From the NCBI GenBank assembly GCA_049724395.1, contig JAUGWO010000125.1, forward strand, positions 1 to 47,978: a DNA stretch of 47,978 bases, in the 5' to 3' direction. The DNA is from Spongospora subterranea f. sp. subterranea. Its lineage: Eukaryota. Shown here in pieces: positions 32,731-43,806 of this stretch. Under the pieces are notes generated by a model that worked only from the letters and a program-made list of their open reading frames with translations, searched no databases and had not been told where the DNA came from. Positions within the stretch are counted from its first letter, which is position 1. Each line of letters begins with the position of its first letter. A program made the position numbers and the translations under genes.

Positions 32731-35559
32731 TTAGAGGGAAGGGACATTGTCAAATGGCCTACCAGTGCTGGGATCGTTGAATGGCGTCGACCAGAACAAG
32801 GCGCTATTCCTTTCCGTCAACCCCTGGACATTCGATGGGCGACTGCCGTCGTTGTGATTGACGGAAACCGTGATGGGCAACCCGGTGCCAAAGTAGCTCG
32901 ACGCGTTCTCGAACGGGGCCGTGGTCGGGCCCATGTTGATGCTGTTCTGCATGTGCTTGTTCATCTGCGCGTGACGTTTTTCCAGCAGCCGCCGCCCGGA
33001 AATACACAGCGCAACGGCCACCGCGCTGAACAGGATGAAGCCGCCGATGGTCACGGGGGTCGTCTTTGTTGAGACCATATCGAAAACTTGAGACATCATC
33101 GACTCCGACGAACTTTCTTCACATTTCGTGATCAAATCGGGAACAATAACGTATTCTGAGCACAGTCGAACTAGAACCGGTTCGATGACGACCGGAACTG
33201 GCGGTTTATGCGCATAGATGAGAATCGATTCCGATGATCGAATCGGGTCCGTTGAGTTCTGCATTCTGCCGCGAAACAGCAATGCGATATCGGACCCCTC
33301 GAGATCGTCGGCGAACACCTGGGGCAGGATCACGAACGAGACGCTTGTGGCGTTGCTATCGTTCTTGACCGCGATCAATGCAATTCGTTCCGGGTCGACT
33401 TCCAGCTCTGATCTCAGAATCGTTGATAGACGCGCCTCCTCTGAACCTGCATCGGTAAGAAACGGGTGGTCGACCACGAGCCTGACACGCCAGGCCGTGA
33501 AGGTTCCGCCAATCGGATTTGCCTTCGAAAGTGACCTGCGACAACAATTATTGTTTGTTCGTGATTGACAGAAAACAGTGTCGCTTACCGATTCAATAAA
33601 GTAGTGCTTCTCAAGTCGGAGGAAACCTGCAAGTGTTCGAATGAGACCACGCCAGAAAGCGTTTAAACAGTCAATAACCGCGAAGACTTTGGGCAAATCG
33701 TGACTTAAACCAGTAAAAAACGCCCGTGATCTGAACGAAAAAATTCGGAATTGAAAGTTCTGTGAATTTGTTTGAAACTGTGTTGATGTATTTGCCTTTG
33801 ACGTTGCAGCCCGTCGAGTTGTTCGAGAAGAAACTGTTGACGACATGGAAGTTGGGGATGTCAAACCGATGGACGAAGAATTGGACGACGCAGGACCGCT
33901 GGACGATGACGCGGAACCGAACGACGGAGAACCTGGAGAGGATGTCGAGTTCGATCGTGACGTAGTCGGCGATGCTGTGGCGGCCAAAGTGGACGATGCC
34001 GAAACTAGAAAGCTTGAGGCAGGCCCGGACGCCGACGGTGCACTGGAAGATGATTTTCCATACGACTTGGCGCCTGTTGAGTTCGTTGGTGACGTCGTTG
34101 GCCCAAATGAGGATAACGCATGTGAAGGAGTTGACGGGGTGACAGTGGATTGCGTTCGGGATGATGGAGCCGAGGAAGATCTGGTTGTTGCCAAAGTTAA
34201 GAGCGCGGAAGGTGTGCTTGAAGTCGTTGAAGATGGCGTTGGGCTAGTTGACAACGTGGAGGAGCTCGATGGTGCTGTCGCAGCAGAAGACGCCGTTGTC
34301 GAAGGGCTCAAAGCGGATGGCGAACTGGAACTTGTGGGAGTTGTCGTTAACCGTTTGGATGTTGGTCGATTATAGGGATCTCTGGAGAACATCAGGGTCC
34401 CGAATCCGAGTTGATCAAATCCGCCGCTATTTGGCCCGTAATCACCACCTCCTCCTTCAGGCCTGACGGTTTCCGCAAACTTCCTGGACCATGGAGCCGG
34501 GATGCCCTTCACGTTTTCGTAGTGATTATAGATCAGTTCCCAGTTCGGGCGCATCGTTCCACGGCCAACGGCCGAGATCACGGTCTGGGTGACGTCCTGG
34601 TTTTGATACGTCGTGTAGTTGACATTCTCGCCCAGGTTATATTTGGCTGTGTATTCTGCGCCCTTTAGCACACGATTATCTTGGTATTCCCACATATCGC
34701 AGCCCTGATTATACGCTGTCTGACAGATCTGCCCGAGCAAGGCAACGACCAGCGTTGCGTGGCCTTGATCCCGTCCGGATTCCTGAAGCTGTCCAGTCCC
34801 GTCGTCGTAAATCTTCCAGATGGTTCGCTCAATCATCCCATTCCCCACCCCCGACATGAAATACGTCAATCCTTCATCAAAGATGTCACGGCGATCGGTC
34901 AGGACTCCGATGGCCATGATCGAGGCGATGGTGCACAAATCCCAATTCGCGTAGATCAAGACTGGCGATAGATTGACATGTTCTTTGAGAAACCGTTTGT
35001 TGCCCGGATAGAATAACGTCAACATCATGTTCTTGAACTTCGACTGAGCGGTCGAATTCCACCCAGAATAGCCCAAGAGAATTTCCCCAGCCGTCGCGAA
35101 CTGGAACCCCTGAAGACCCATCAACAGGTATTGGTCGTTATTTCCACTCACAATCTGTAAAGTTGTTGACCACGCGTCAAGAACATAGGCACACCGTTTA
35201 GCATAACGATTATCTCCTGATAATTTCCATCTAATCGCCAGTTGATAGGCGGCGGCCGCGTCGTTCATCATCGACCCGTAGTTCTCGGCGTGGCTGACGT
35301 TGCCGTCGTAGCCGCGGTAGACGGCGGCCTTGGGGTTGGCGCTGTACGTTAGGCTGGAGTGGCTGTTCGCGACCAGTTTATTCCATCCGCTCAGCCATGG
35401 GGAGGCACCGGCCTGGATTTTCTCACGAACGAACGCAAAGTCGTCTTCTGTGTGTAAAATCCCGGGATGTACGAATGCGTCGGTGCTGTTGACGATTTTG
35501 CATGCGGATTCAACTTCCGAAAAAACCAGAAATGTCACTATCCACAATAAATACGTCAT
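32731..35559 (-). CDS. Type I membrane protein: signal peptide, alginate-lyase-family catalytic domain, Ser/Thr stalk, juxtamembrane domain, TM helix, cytoplasmic tail
   Basis: First ATG at 35559 (MTYLLWIVTFLVFSEVESA). Motifs FVHPGILHT, PW..GW..L, DAAAAYQLA, ANWDLC, QESGRDQGH, GAEYTAKYNLG, RP.WE..Y.HY and GGFDQLGFGTL. A ~190-aa S/T/P tract and TM IGGFILFSAVAVALCI follow. Short introns are probable in 33480-33780 (e.g. GTAAGC..CGCAG at 33588-33536). Confidence 0.9.
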   Translation of the reverse strand: MTYLLWIVTFLVFSEVESACKIVNSTDAFVHPGILHTEDDFAFVREKIQAGASPWLSGWNKLVANSHSSLTYSANPKAAVYRGYDGNVSHAENYGSMMNDAAAAYQLAIRWKLSGDNRYAKRCAYVLDAWSTTLQIVSGNNDQYLLMGLQGFQFATAGEILLGYSGWNSTAQSKFKNMMLTLFYPGNKRFLKEHVNLSPVLIYANWDLCTIASIMAIGVLTDRRDIFDEGLTYFMSGVGNGMIERTIWKIYDDGTGQLQESGRDQGHATLVVALLGQICQTAYNQGCDMWEYQDNRVLKGAEYTAKYNLGENVNYTTYQNQDVTQTVISAVGRGTMRPNWELIYNHYENVKGIPAPWSRKFAETVRPEGGGGDYGPNSGGFDQLGFGTLMFSRDPYNRPTSKRLTTTPTSSSSPSALSPSTTASSAATAPSSSSTLSTSPTPSSTTSSTPSALLTLATTRSSSAPSSRTQSTVTPSTPSHALSSFGPTTSPTNSTGAKSYGKSSSSAPSASGPASSFLVSASSTLAATASPTTSRSNSTSSPGSPSFGSASSSSGPASSNSSSIGLTSPTSMSSTVSSRTTRRAATSKANTSTQFQTNSQNFQFRIFSFRSRAFFTGLSHDLPKVFAVIDCLNAFWRGLIRTLAGFLRLEKHYFIESVSDTVFCQSRTNNNCCRRSLSKANPIGGTFTAWRVRLVVDHPFLTDAGSEEARLSTILRSELEVDPERIALIAVKNDSNATSVSFVILPQVFADDLEGSDIALLFRGRMQNSTDPIRSSESILIYAHKPPVPVVIEPVLVRLCSEYVIVPDLITKCEESSSESMMSQVFDMVSTKTTPVTIGGFILFSAVAVALCISGRRLLEKRHAQMNKHMQNSINMGPTTAPFENASSYFGTGLPITVSVNHNDGSRPSNVQGLTERNSALFWSTPFNDPSTGRPFDNVPSL

Positions 35560-36884
35560 TATGCGAAGTGAAAAGACCAATATGATTGTTTTGGCACATA
35601 GCGTCAAGATTTTTTCTCAAGTCATCCCCTAATATCTCGGATATTTCGACGATTCCGGTTTCAGTTTCATGTCCTCAACCCATTTGACCGGCTAATTAGT
35701 ACTCCATCACATTATGGTGATCGGAGCAATCCACCCAAATTTTCTTGCAGATGTCTCGGCCCTCTGTTGATTTGTGGACAAGATGGCCCTGCGTTGGATA
35801 TAAATCCATCATGAAACGTTTTCCAGTCGATGTTTCCGGCAACGGTAACGCAGGAGAGAGTATAAAGTGAGTGCGGTGTCAGAGTTCCCACAGCCCCGGC
35901 CTGAGGACTTCAGGTGCAACGTTATACAGCCCAGACTCCAGAGATGAAACGCAATCACACTACAAAGGCCCACGTAACGGAAAACACCCTGGCAATACAC
36001 GAATGCGCATCTAATATTTCATGTCAAGATCAAGTTGTGTGTCCTACAATGATCTTTAATAACCTCCATTGTTTGAAGGTTCGTCATTGGTGTTCGGGCA
36101 AATAAGCGGCTGCGTTCCGGATTTCTTGGTATAATCGAGTTATTGGTGTTGTAATTCTATTCTTTGCTTGGCAAAGTTTAACAATTGAAATTGTTTAGAT
36201 CGGTGGTAGATCCTCTTAATTGTTTCCGGTTGTTCCATAATTGCCCTAGACGTCGACGTCGATGAATCCGCCGCCTCGTTTTTGAAACGGTTTGGACATG
36301 GTTTAAATCATGCGCAAGAATCAGGTTTCTTGATCAAACCAATCAACCCAGCTGATATATGCATATTATCCGAATAAACGGGTAATACGAAATCACTTGA
36401 ACAAATTCCTAGTATTCCCAAATTAATAGATCAGCAATCGATCATGCGCTCGCTAACTCAGGATCGAATCGCGCGCAAGGTCTTGGAAATCACGATGCAT
36501 ATGTGAACCGCGCCAATAAAAATATACTTCAAGCGGCGTCGCCCTTCAACAGACAATCGCAGGTGCCACTGATGCTAGAGCCATGATCGGGTCCACCATG
36601 AGGGTGATCATGGCTTTGACCATCTCACGTTCCGTCTGGAGGAGTGGCACTCGTTCCAGACGGTCTGCTTCGACATTGGAATTTTCTGGCGGGTAGAGTT
36701 TTTAAGTCGCTTTCTAGATGTTGTGGCAGCTCAGGGCGAAGGCGTAACAAGCAGCCAGATGATGCTGACCCCGGTTCCACAAGACTATGCATGCAGCGTT
36801 GCATTGCCAGAAACTTCAACTCGCCATGTGTCATATTGAGAATTATCGAACTCTTATGGTGTTCACTGACGCCCATGTGGAGCA

Positions 36885-36965
36885 TTGCGCTTCGCCTTGT
36901 TGCCCTTTTCCTTGAGTATTTCGACGAATGCCTCACAGCCGAATGCCTTGATGTGGTTCAAGTCA
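36885..36965 (-). mobile_element. Copia integrase C-terminal fragment
   Basis: LNHIKAFGCEAFVEILKEKGNK; homologous to 37610-37660 on the opposite strand. Confidence 0.6.
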
Positions 36966-36979
36966 GCGGATAGCCAAAT

Positions 36980-37270
36980 CATGCCTGCCTTGGACACTTC
37001 AATTTCTCACAGTAAACCATTAACCGAATGACAGCGCCCAGCCAATCAAGACCAGGTGCGATCCAGTTGAAGATTTTACGGCGCAGGAACCGCATGTCGT
37101 AACGCCGTTTTGGGGTGAGACCGCGAGTTCCCATGCACACAAGTCCAGTTAAGAACATTTTAACTGCAGCAACTACAATATACGCTATTGGAGCTGGTAT
37201 TACCGCTGTTGCTGGCACCAGACTTGCCCTCCAATGGATCCTCGATAACCGATTGAACCTGTTCTCACGC
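36980..37270 (-). pseudogene. 18S rRNA gene fragment (530-loop region through V4), degenerate
   Basis: The minus strand reads TTATCGAGGATCCATTGGAGGGCAAGTCTGGTGCCAGCAACAGCGGTAATACCAGCTCCAATAGCGTATATT.TAGTTGCTGCAGTTAAAA ... TTTACTGTGAGAAA...GTGTCCAAGGCAGGC. The universal GCCAGCAGCCGCGGTAA is mutated and the flanks are not rDNA. Confidence 0.93.
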
Positions 37271-37589
37271 GCATCGTGACATACCGGTGATCCTTGTTGT
37301 TCTGACTTGGCTGCCCTTGTCGTATTGGTTGACCCTGACGCCTCCTCCAATGGTTTCCGCCATTCCTAGATGTCGTCGGTCCTACAAGTATTGCCAAGAC
37401 AAGGGGGCATCCGATTCCCGCTGTCCTCTACCCTTTGCGAGGAACAAAATGGTTTAGTGAACGCCACAGCGAGCGAGAACAATCTGGTCTTTCACCACGA
37501 TTTTGGCTCTTTTCCATTAATCACGCACGAATCACGAAGAAGCTGGCGACAGCGTCGGCAGTATTCAAATCCTCGAAACCCCAAATGCC

Positions 37590-38700
37590 ATCTGGCACGA
37601 GTGATCTCTGACCTGAACCACATCATTCGTCGAGATACTCAAGGAAAAGGTCAACTTGGCGGTTTCAAGACGAAGAGCATGCTCCGGTGGATAATTCTCA
37701 CTACCGACACATGGTGAATCGAATTCTCTGGCAAATAATCATTGTTTCCTGCCCGCGAACCATCCTGAAGCCGCTCTACACGGCGTCGAACGCGAGGACG
37801 CGATCACAGCAGTTGAAATTGATCCGGCCACTCAAGCAACCCTTGCCGACTACAGTTCGGCAGAGAAGCCGCCGCCGAAGACACAAGAGCCGCCGTCGCC
37901 ACCAAGGCAGTCCGAGCTCCAGAATCGGGGTGTTCCTCCGGCCAGACTTGGCATCAATTCCACAAATACAGTCAGGGAAGATCAAGTACACCGACGGAAC
38001 GGGAGACCAAACTGAGTCCGAACTGCAACGATCACCGACATCGTCATTGATGAGGAGAAGCTCGATCATCAGGACAACATCCCCGACATAAACTAACGAT
38101 GAGTTCGCGCCTCAATCATTCAAAACTTAAACCATCGCTGCCTCAAACTGCCGCCATGGACGAAACCGATCCCGACTTCCAAAAGACCGTCCTTCAGGCG
38201 ATCCGAGAATCTGTCCCAAACACGGATGAATCTTTTAAACTCGATACGTTTTCGCGATCAAGCGTGAAGAGAGTAGTGTCGTCCTCAGATTCAAGGCCAT
38301 TTGCATAGCCAAAGGTATGCTTCAGCAGGCGGAAACTGACAAAGGAGACATACGCCGCAGTCATGAGAATTCCAACAATTTTTCAAGCCGACATGACCAC
38401 ACAATGGGGACATGGATGAACAAATATGTCCAACTGCCGGAAGGTTTAGGGAAAGGGAACAAGGGGGACGTTTGCGAGATTCAAAAAATGGTTTATATAC
38501 GGCACAAGACAAGCCGGTCAAAGATGGATATCCACTGCCGAGTTGATTGCAGTTCGGATTCAATCAAACCAAGTCCCATCCCTGCCTCCTGTTCAAGATC
38601 GACAACGACGGAAACCTGATCATCATTGCCACCTTTGTCGACGACATGGAGATTGCGACCATGAACACTTTCAAAAGCGAATGACATTTCCCAATCAGCT
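37590..38700 (+). mobile_element. Highly degenerate Copia pol (integrase tail, RT)
   Basis: KETYAAVMR, YVQLPEG..GDVCEIQK, (Y)GTRQAGQRW and IIATFVDDM across frameshifts. Confidence 0.7.
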
Positions 38701-39699
38701 TTGACCGACAGACTGACCGTGCGAGCAAGCTCCAGAACGCCAAACCGCGCGACATCTCATTCATTCCTGGCGTTCACCTGAACAAACAATGGGCCCAACG
38801 ACACCTGAAGATGCAGTACGCTTGGTAAAGGTACTATACAGCAACGCGGTCAGCATCCTTCTGCAGATCGCACTCGGCAAACGCCTCGACATCATTTTCG
38901 CGGGTAACCAAGCTCAGCGTCGGTAGCGATGGCGATTTTTTCGGTGTCAATTGCGTGTCAGATAAACCAGAATTAGTCATCATTGAATTGTCTATTGGGA
39001 CAGGAGTTTGGGGTACTTGATTTATCCTCTTCTTCTTTGTCGGACACCGCGGCGCCGACCGAAACTGACAATTGCCTTTATGCTTGGTTTGGCGAAGACA
39101 CCAGCAATAATGGCGGTAAAAAGCAATGATGATCTTGACTTCGGTCTACTGGTTATCGTCTACAGGAACTGATTATGCGGTTGGCAGGATATTGATCATT
39201 GCCGGAGCGATTTAATCGAATTGCTGTTTCGTGTGGTTTTTCTATCAGCTTTGTCGCTGCCGAAACAACCAGGCGACACCGTGACAAAAATTGTTCATTG
39301 TATTTCAAATCAAAAATGACTGTTATGTCGCAAATAGTAGAATACAGGTTGTGATCAGTTCTGAAATACATCAAAGTTCCGCCGGATCTTACTACAATAA
39401 TTTGTCCAACGTTATTTATAAGCGAAATAATCATTTAATATGATGTCTGACCAGCCTGTCCAGCAGGAGATGATGTCTGACCAGCCTTTCCCGCAACACG
39501 TACGTGGTTCGGGTGAGTCTTCAAGAAGCCAACGTGTTGGAGACAGGGTCGCAATGTGTGGCAGAGGCCGACAACGTCGCTTTGATTGCAAAAAAAGCAC
39601 GCGGGTCTGCCCAAAGCTTCGATCGGTGCGCCGAACTGATCATGCATTGTCGTCGACGGATCGAATGGCTTTCCGCCGACGTCGAATATGATACAAACG

Positions 39700-40800
39700 G
39701 GCAACAGGGAACCCAAAACGTCGCTTGGTGCTCGCAACTGGAGATACGTCTCGAGCATATTATCTTTCGTTATGAGCCACAGGAATTGTTCCCGTAAAAC
39801 AGCAGCGAAGATGGGGGGATCTTCACGCAAACCAAAGAGATTTTGCAAGTCGATGCGACAATTGGCGATGCAAAACTCTTTGAAACATAGTTGGAATTGG
39901 ACTTCCGCAATCAACTGCATCGTTCAGGGAGACGGTATAGGAACTCAGGTATTCCGACTGGGTTCTGGCCAGTTTTTGCGCATCTTGTGCTTGTTCCACA
40001 GATTGAAAACTATCCAGAGTATGTTCAATCTGATCTTCAGATACAAATATTGCGCATCGTCTTTCGTAATCGTCGTCCTAGATTTTTGAAAAATGTGATC
40101 CAGAACTCAAGCCCGAAGGCGTAGAGTTGATTCCACCAAGCTTCAATGCGCTGGCTGGACACTGATCGCCCGAAAAGGTGCTCACTTTCGCCTTGAAATC
40201 GATTTTGAACGCCAGCAACCAGAGCGTTTTCGACGCCGCGATCTGATCGCTGTCGCTCTGGCATACACGGGACTTTTTACTTTTTCGATGGCGTCGATGT
40301 AATACACGCTAGAATCAATTCAGGGATTCGATTCGACGAACCAACGTGCAGCCCTGAAAGCTTTCGTGGCCAACCATCAATGCACGCATGAATCTCGAAC
40401 CCAAACTGGCGAAGCTTGTCGCTGTTCTGGTCAAAATGCGATAACGCATTGGTGCCAATCACGCTGTTCTCACGCCGCTGCAGTCGACGTTTTCTCCTCG
40501 CTGAAACAGCATCTGGATCGATATTACGCAGTGCCAACGAGAAGGCGCTCCGCGTGACCTTAATTCCTGAACAAGAAGGGTCATTGTCCGACACCCCAAG
40601 TTCCTTCCCTCGCCTTGAGCTTCAACGGCCACCAGGCGACCCACCAACTGCTGTGGGATCTTTTGACGCACCGCTACGCCGTTTCCTGATTCTTGCAGCA
40701 TCGTGTTCAGACGGTATGACCCCATATTCATGACATATGTCATCCAGAACGTATTTAAGTGACATCCCTGACCGTATTTTGAAGCGAATGTCAGGCAAAG
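39700..40800 (-). mobile_element. IS3EU-like integrase-core (DDE) transposase pseudogene
   Basis: LRNIDPDAVSARRKRRLQRR..V.G.NAL.H.DQ..KL..FGFEIHACIDG..RK, RSDRGVEN and GRSVSSQRIEAWW...W..FF, spread over several frameshifted ORFs. Confidence 0.8.
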
Positions 40801-41114
40801 CACTTTCCAAGCGATCCTGATACTGGGACATGCGTAATGCGTCTAATATGTCGGGATTGAGGCACCAAAATCCAGCTAGAGCTGCACAAAATTCAAGACT
40901 TGAGACAGCGGCATTGTCACAACGACAACCCAATCGAAGGCTGTATGTACATTGTGCTTATTCGAGAGAGGCAACGGGGTGCCAATTGGGTTGTATTATT
41001 TCCCCCCTCAGGGAGGTAATTTCAAATCGACGGCGACGTTTCTAGGTTTCGAACCTGGTCGGCCCAAGTGGGGAACTACCTCAGAATTTATCAACATAAG
41101 TTCACGACCGACAC

Positions 41115-41298
41115 TCTTCGAATTGGTCTATATACAAGTTGGATGACGGGGTTGGCAGCAATGTTGGAAAATTCGGAGAGTTCGATTCCCTTAGTGCTCA
41201 CAGCATTTTGGGGTCTGGCGAAATTTCCAACACTCTGGGAATCAACCAATCTGCTGCCAACCCCGTCATCGAACTTGTATATAGGACCCATTCGAAGA
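41115..41298. repeat. Hairpin with ~46-bp near-perfect stem plus inner stem
   Basis: tcttcgaattggtctatatacaagttggatgacggggttggcagca pairs with tgctgccaaccccgtcatcgaacttgtatataggacccattcgaaga; the inner tgttggaaaattcg pairs with cgaaatttccaaca. 41079-41130 is also directly repeated at 41475-41526. Confidence 0.88.
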
Positions 41299-41743
41299 TT
41301 GTCGCCGAAACATTGCGATATTTTTGACCAATCAAAACGACCGTCCGATGATAAAATTTTCGGATCGACCTCTACGAACGACTCTGACCAGGATATGGTC
41401 AGGACGAAGGTGGTTGAGAAGACCAACGGATCTTTAGCCTGCGGCCCACCGCACCGCTCTTCCCGCCCGGGAGACCTCAGAATATATCAACATCCGTTCA
41501 CGACCGACACTCTTAGAATTGGTCTACGAACAAAGCGAGAGAGAAAGATGAAGACGAAGAACGACAGTCAGGCGGGGAAGTCAGCTCACGAAAGGTGGTA
41601 CGGTAGTGTGGTCTCTGTTCCCCTCAATACCATGTTGATCAGCAAGTACGTTTTGGATTTTATTGGTCTCAATATTCAGAATTTGTTTGAAAAAATGTCC
41701 CAATCTAACCCAGAATTCGATGTCGCTCACCTGGAAGAATTAT

Positions 41744-42061
41744 CTGCTGGCGGACTCCATCGAGTGGGGTCTTTCGCCGACTGGTCCACATCCCAATTGT
41801 CTGATTCCAATTCGAACGCTGATCTTCCCCTTTCCGAAGATGATGACATCGACCATTGTGCGGTGGTAGACGTTGTTTCTCTGGCCAATTTGATTTCTCG
41901 GACTGGCAATTTGCGTCCGGAAGGTTGTGCGCCTCAAACCGATCACTGGTCGTGGGCGTTCTCGCGCAGACAATTGGGATGTGGACCAGTCGGCGAAAGA
42001 CCCCACTCAATGGATTCCAGCAGGCGCACAACCTTCCGGACGCAATTGCCAGCCCGAGAAA
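41744..42061. repeat. Two interlocked local inverted duplications
   Basis: 41744-41803 pairs with 41967-42023, and 41894-41934 pairs with 42021-42061. Confidence 0.88.
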
Positions 42062-43251
42062 CTGACTTCTGGTTCATGTCTGCGAGGGCTTCAACATTTT
42101 CTCGGTTTTTCCACCATCGGGACGGGACGCCTTCGTGATGTTTGCCTGAACAGGGAAAACAATCAACAATAATGTTGTCTCCAAAACTGAATGAGCTACA
42201 TACCGGAAAATTCTTAACGGCCTTGGAACGAATGTGAATCTCGCCATTCCTGGACGCCTCTTCGATCATCCATTTCGTGACAGTAGCGCGCCTTGAGATT
42301 GTTACTCCATGCTGCAAAGCGCGTTTCCGAGTGCCTGCAACAGAATCATGGGCAGAGGCCTTCACAGAATCATCGATGTCCTTTCCGGGCATCTCAACGT
42401 CTACAACATGGTTGTTACCACCCTTTGCGAGCTATTGGCGGGCAAAAGCTGCAATGATGGGCGAAGGAGAGAATACAGATAGAGGTACTCTGCAAAGTAT
42501 AATATGAAAACGGAAACTGAATAAAAATGCATTTTTACTTGTTCTTTGAATTCTTGGGTTGCATTGGTTGCAACTGATCGCGCCATCGACAACACTCCGG
42601 CCATGCATAAAGATATAGATTGATGGCATCCAAGGCAAAGGAAAGGTTGTGCTTAAATTCTCAATCGTAGCGAAGTCATTATTGTCGAATCCCCATTTCC
42701 AGATTCTCTGCTTCAATCTATGTATGAGACACTCCTCCTGCGTACGCTGACCAACCATGATTACACACAATAACACCAAGAGGTATTTGATCGCCGTTGG
42801 CGCAACTCGGCACGGCGGGCGTTGATATCCTCAAGTTTATCAGGTATAACTATCACACTAATTTTCACACTCACACTAAATACGGTAAACGGCGTAGTTT
42901 TCAGAAACCGTTTAAAAGGTAACTCATATCGCGTTCCAATCTAATCCGGTCACCGATGAAAACTCCATAATCGACCACCTGCATGGTATCAGTGGCTTCG
43001 GTAGAGAATTCGTAAAGACACCTTTTAAACCATCGAGCAACAATTTTCGTCAAAAGAAATCTGCGATGGATGAACCAAAAAAATCAGAACGACGCCACAT
43101 CCATTGATGGTGGATGCGCGTCTCGCCAATAGTCAAGGAGGTGTAATAGAAGTCGACCTTGGGGTTGATAGGTGAATCTTTGCGCCATTGGCCATCGCCC
43201 GGTCCTCGGTGTGAGTGACGGACTCTTTTGTTTCAGGTTGTTGGAAACGTG

Positions 43252-43485
43252 ATGGGGAAGTGGTCGAAAGAATCACGAGGCAAAGCCGCTGTCGTGGCTC
43301 TGGCGTTCGGCGTACTCGGTGCCGTATCGTTCGCACACATATATTTGCCCTTCTTCAGTCCAGATAGCGATCTGCGTCGGCGACATGTTCGCGAGGGAAA
43401 GACAGGAGGAGAGATAACGCCATTGAACCCGGTTGTTGATCACCCATCGCCGTCAATGTGGAGCCGATTATCGCCAAAATCCTAA
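43252..43485 (+). CDS. Small single-pass membrane protein (77 aa), function unknown
   Basis: MGKWSKESRGK, then hydrophobic AAVVALAFGVLGAVSFAHIYLPFF and a polar tail. An acceptor-like ttttgtttcag lies at 43226-43236, so an upstream exon is possible. Confidence 0.55.
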   Translation: MGKWSKESRGKAAVVALAFGVLGAVSFAHIYLPFFSPDSDLRRRHVREGKTGGEITPLNPVVDHPSPSMWSRLSPKS

Positions 43486-43806
43486 TGAACGATGCTTTGC
43501 GATAGCCGTGATTTGCAGCTCAATGGACGTACATGTTATGCACGTAGGACGAAGGCTAGTGATTATCAGGCGAGCCCTTTAGGTGCACTACGGTAGGCGC
43601 CCGGAGTATATTTTCAGCAAGCAACAAACCTGAAACATCGATACAAATCGAGCCTGTTTCTATGCACGAGTTATGCCATCATGGCCAACGCCCACTTTGA
43701 AGCTTTCGCGTCGTTCCTGGATGACTTCGATGCTGAGTGACTTGGATGCTGAAATGCAACAGCTGAACGAGAATTTGCATGCTCGCGTGGAGTATGGTGC
43801 AAGCGT

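Noticed and set aside
33845..34375. Acidic 176-aa plus-strand ORF
   Set aside because: It is the antisense shadow of the Ser/Thr stalk of the lyase gene.
36979..37350. 123-aa ORF or functional rDNA unit
   Set aside because: The ORF is a translation of 18S sequence. The fragment is short, mutated at universal positions and has no neighbouring rDNA.
41068..42138. 356-aa ORF
   Set aside because: It has a GTG start, runs through hairpins and local duplications, and has no recognisable domain.
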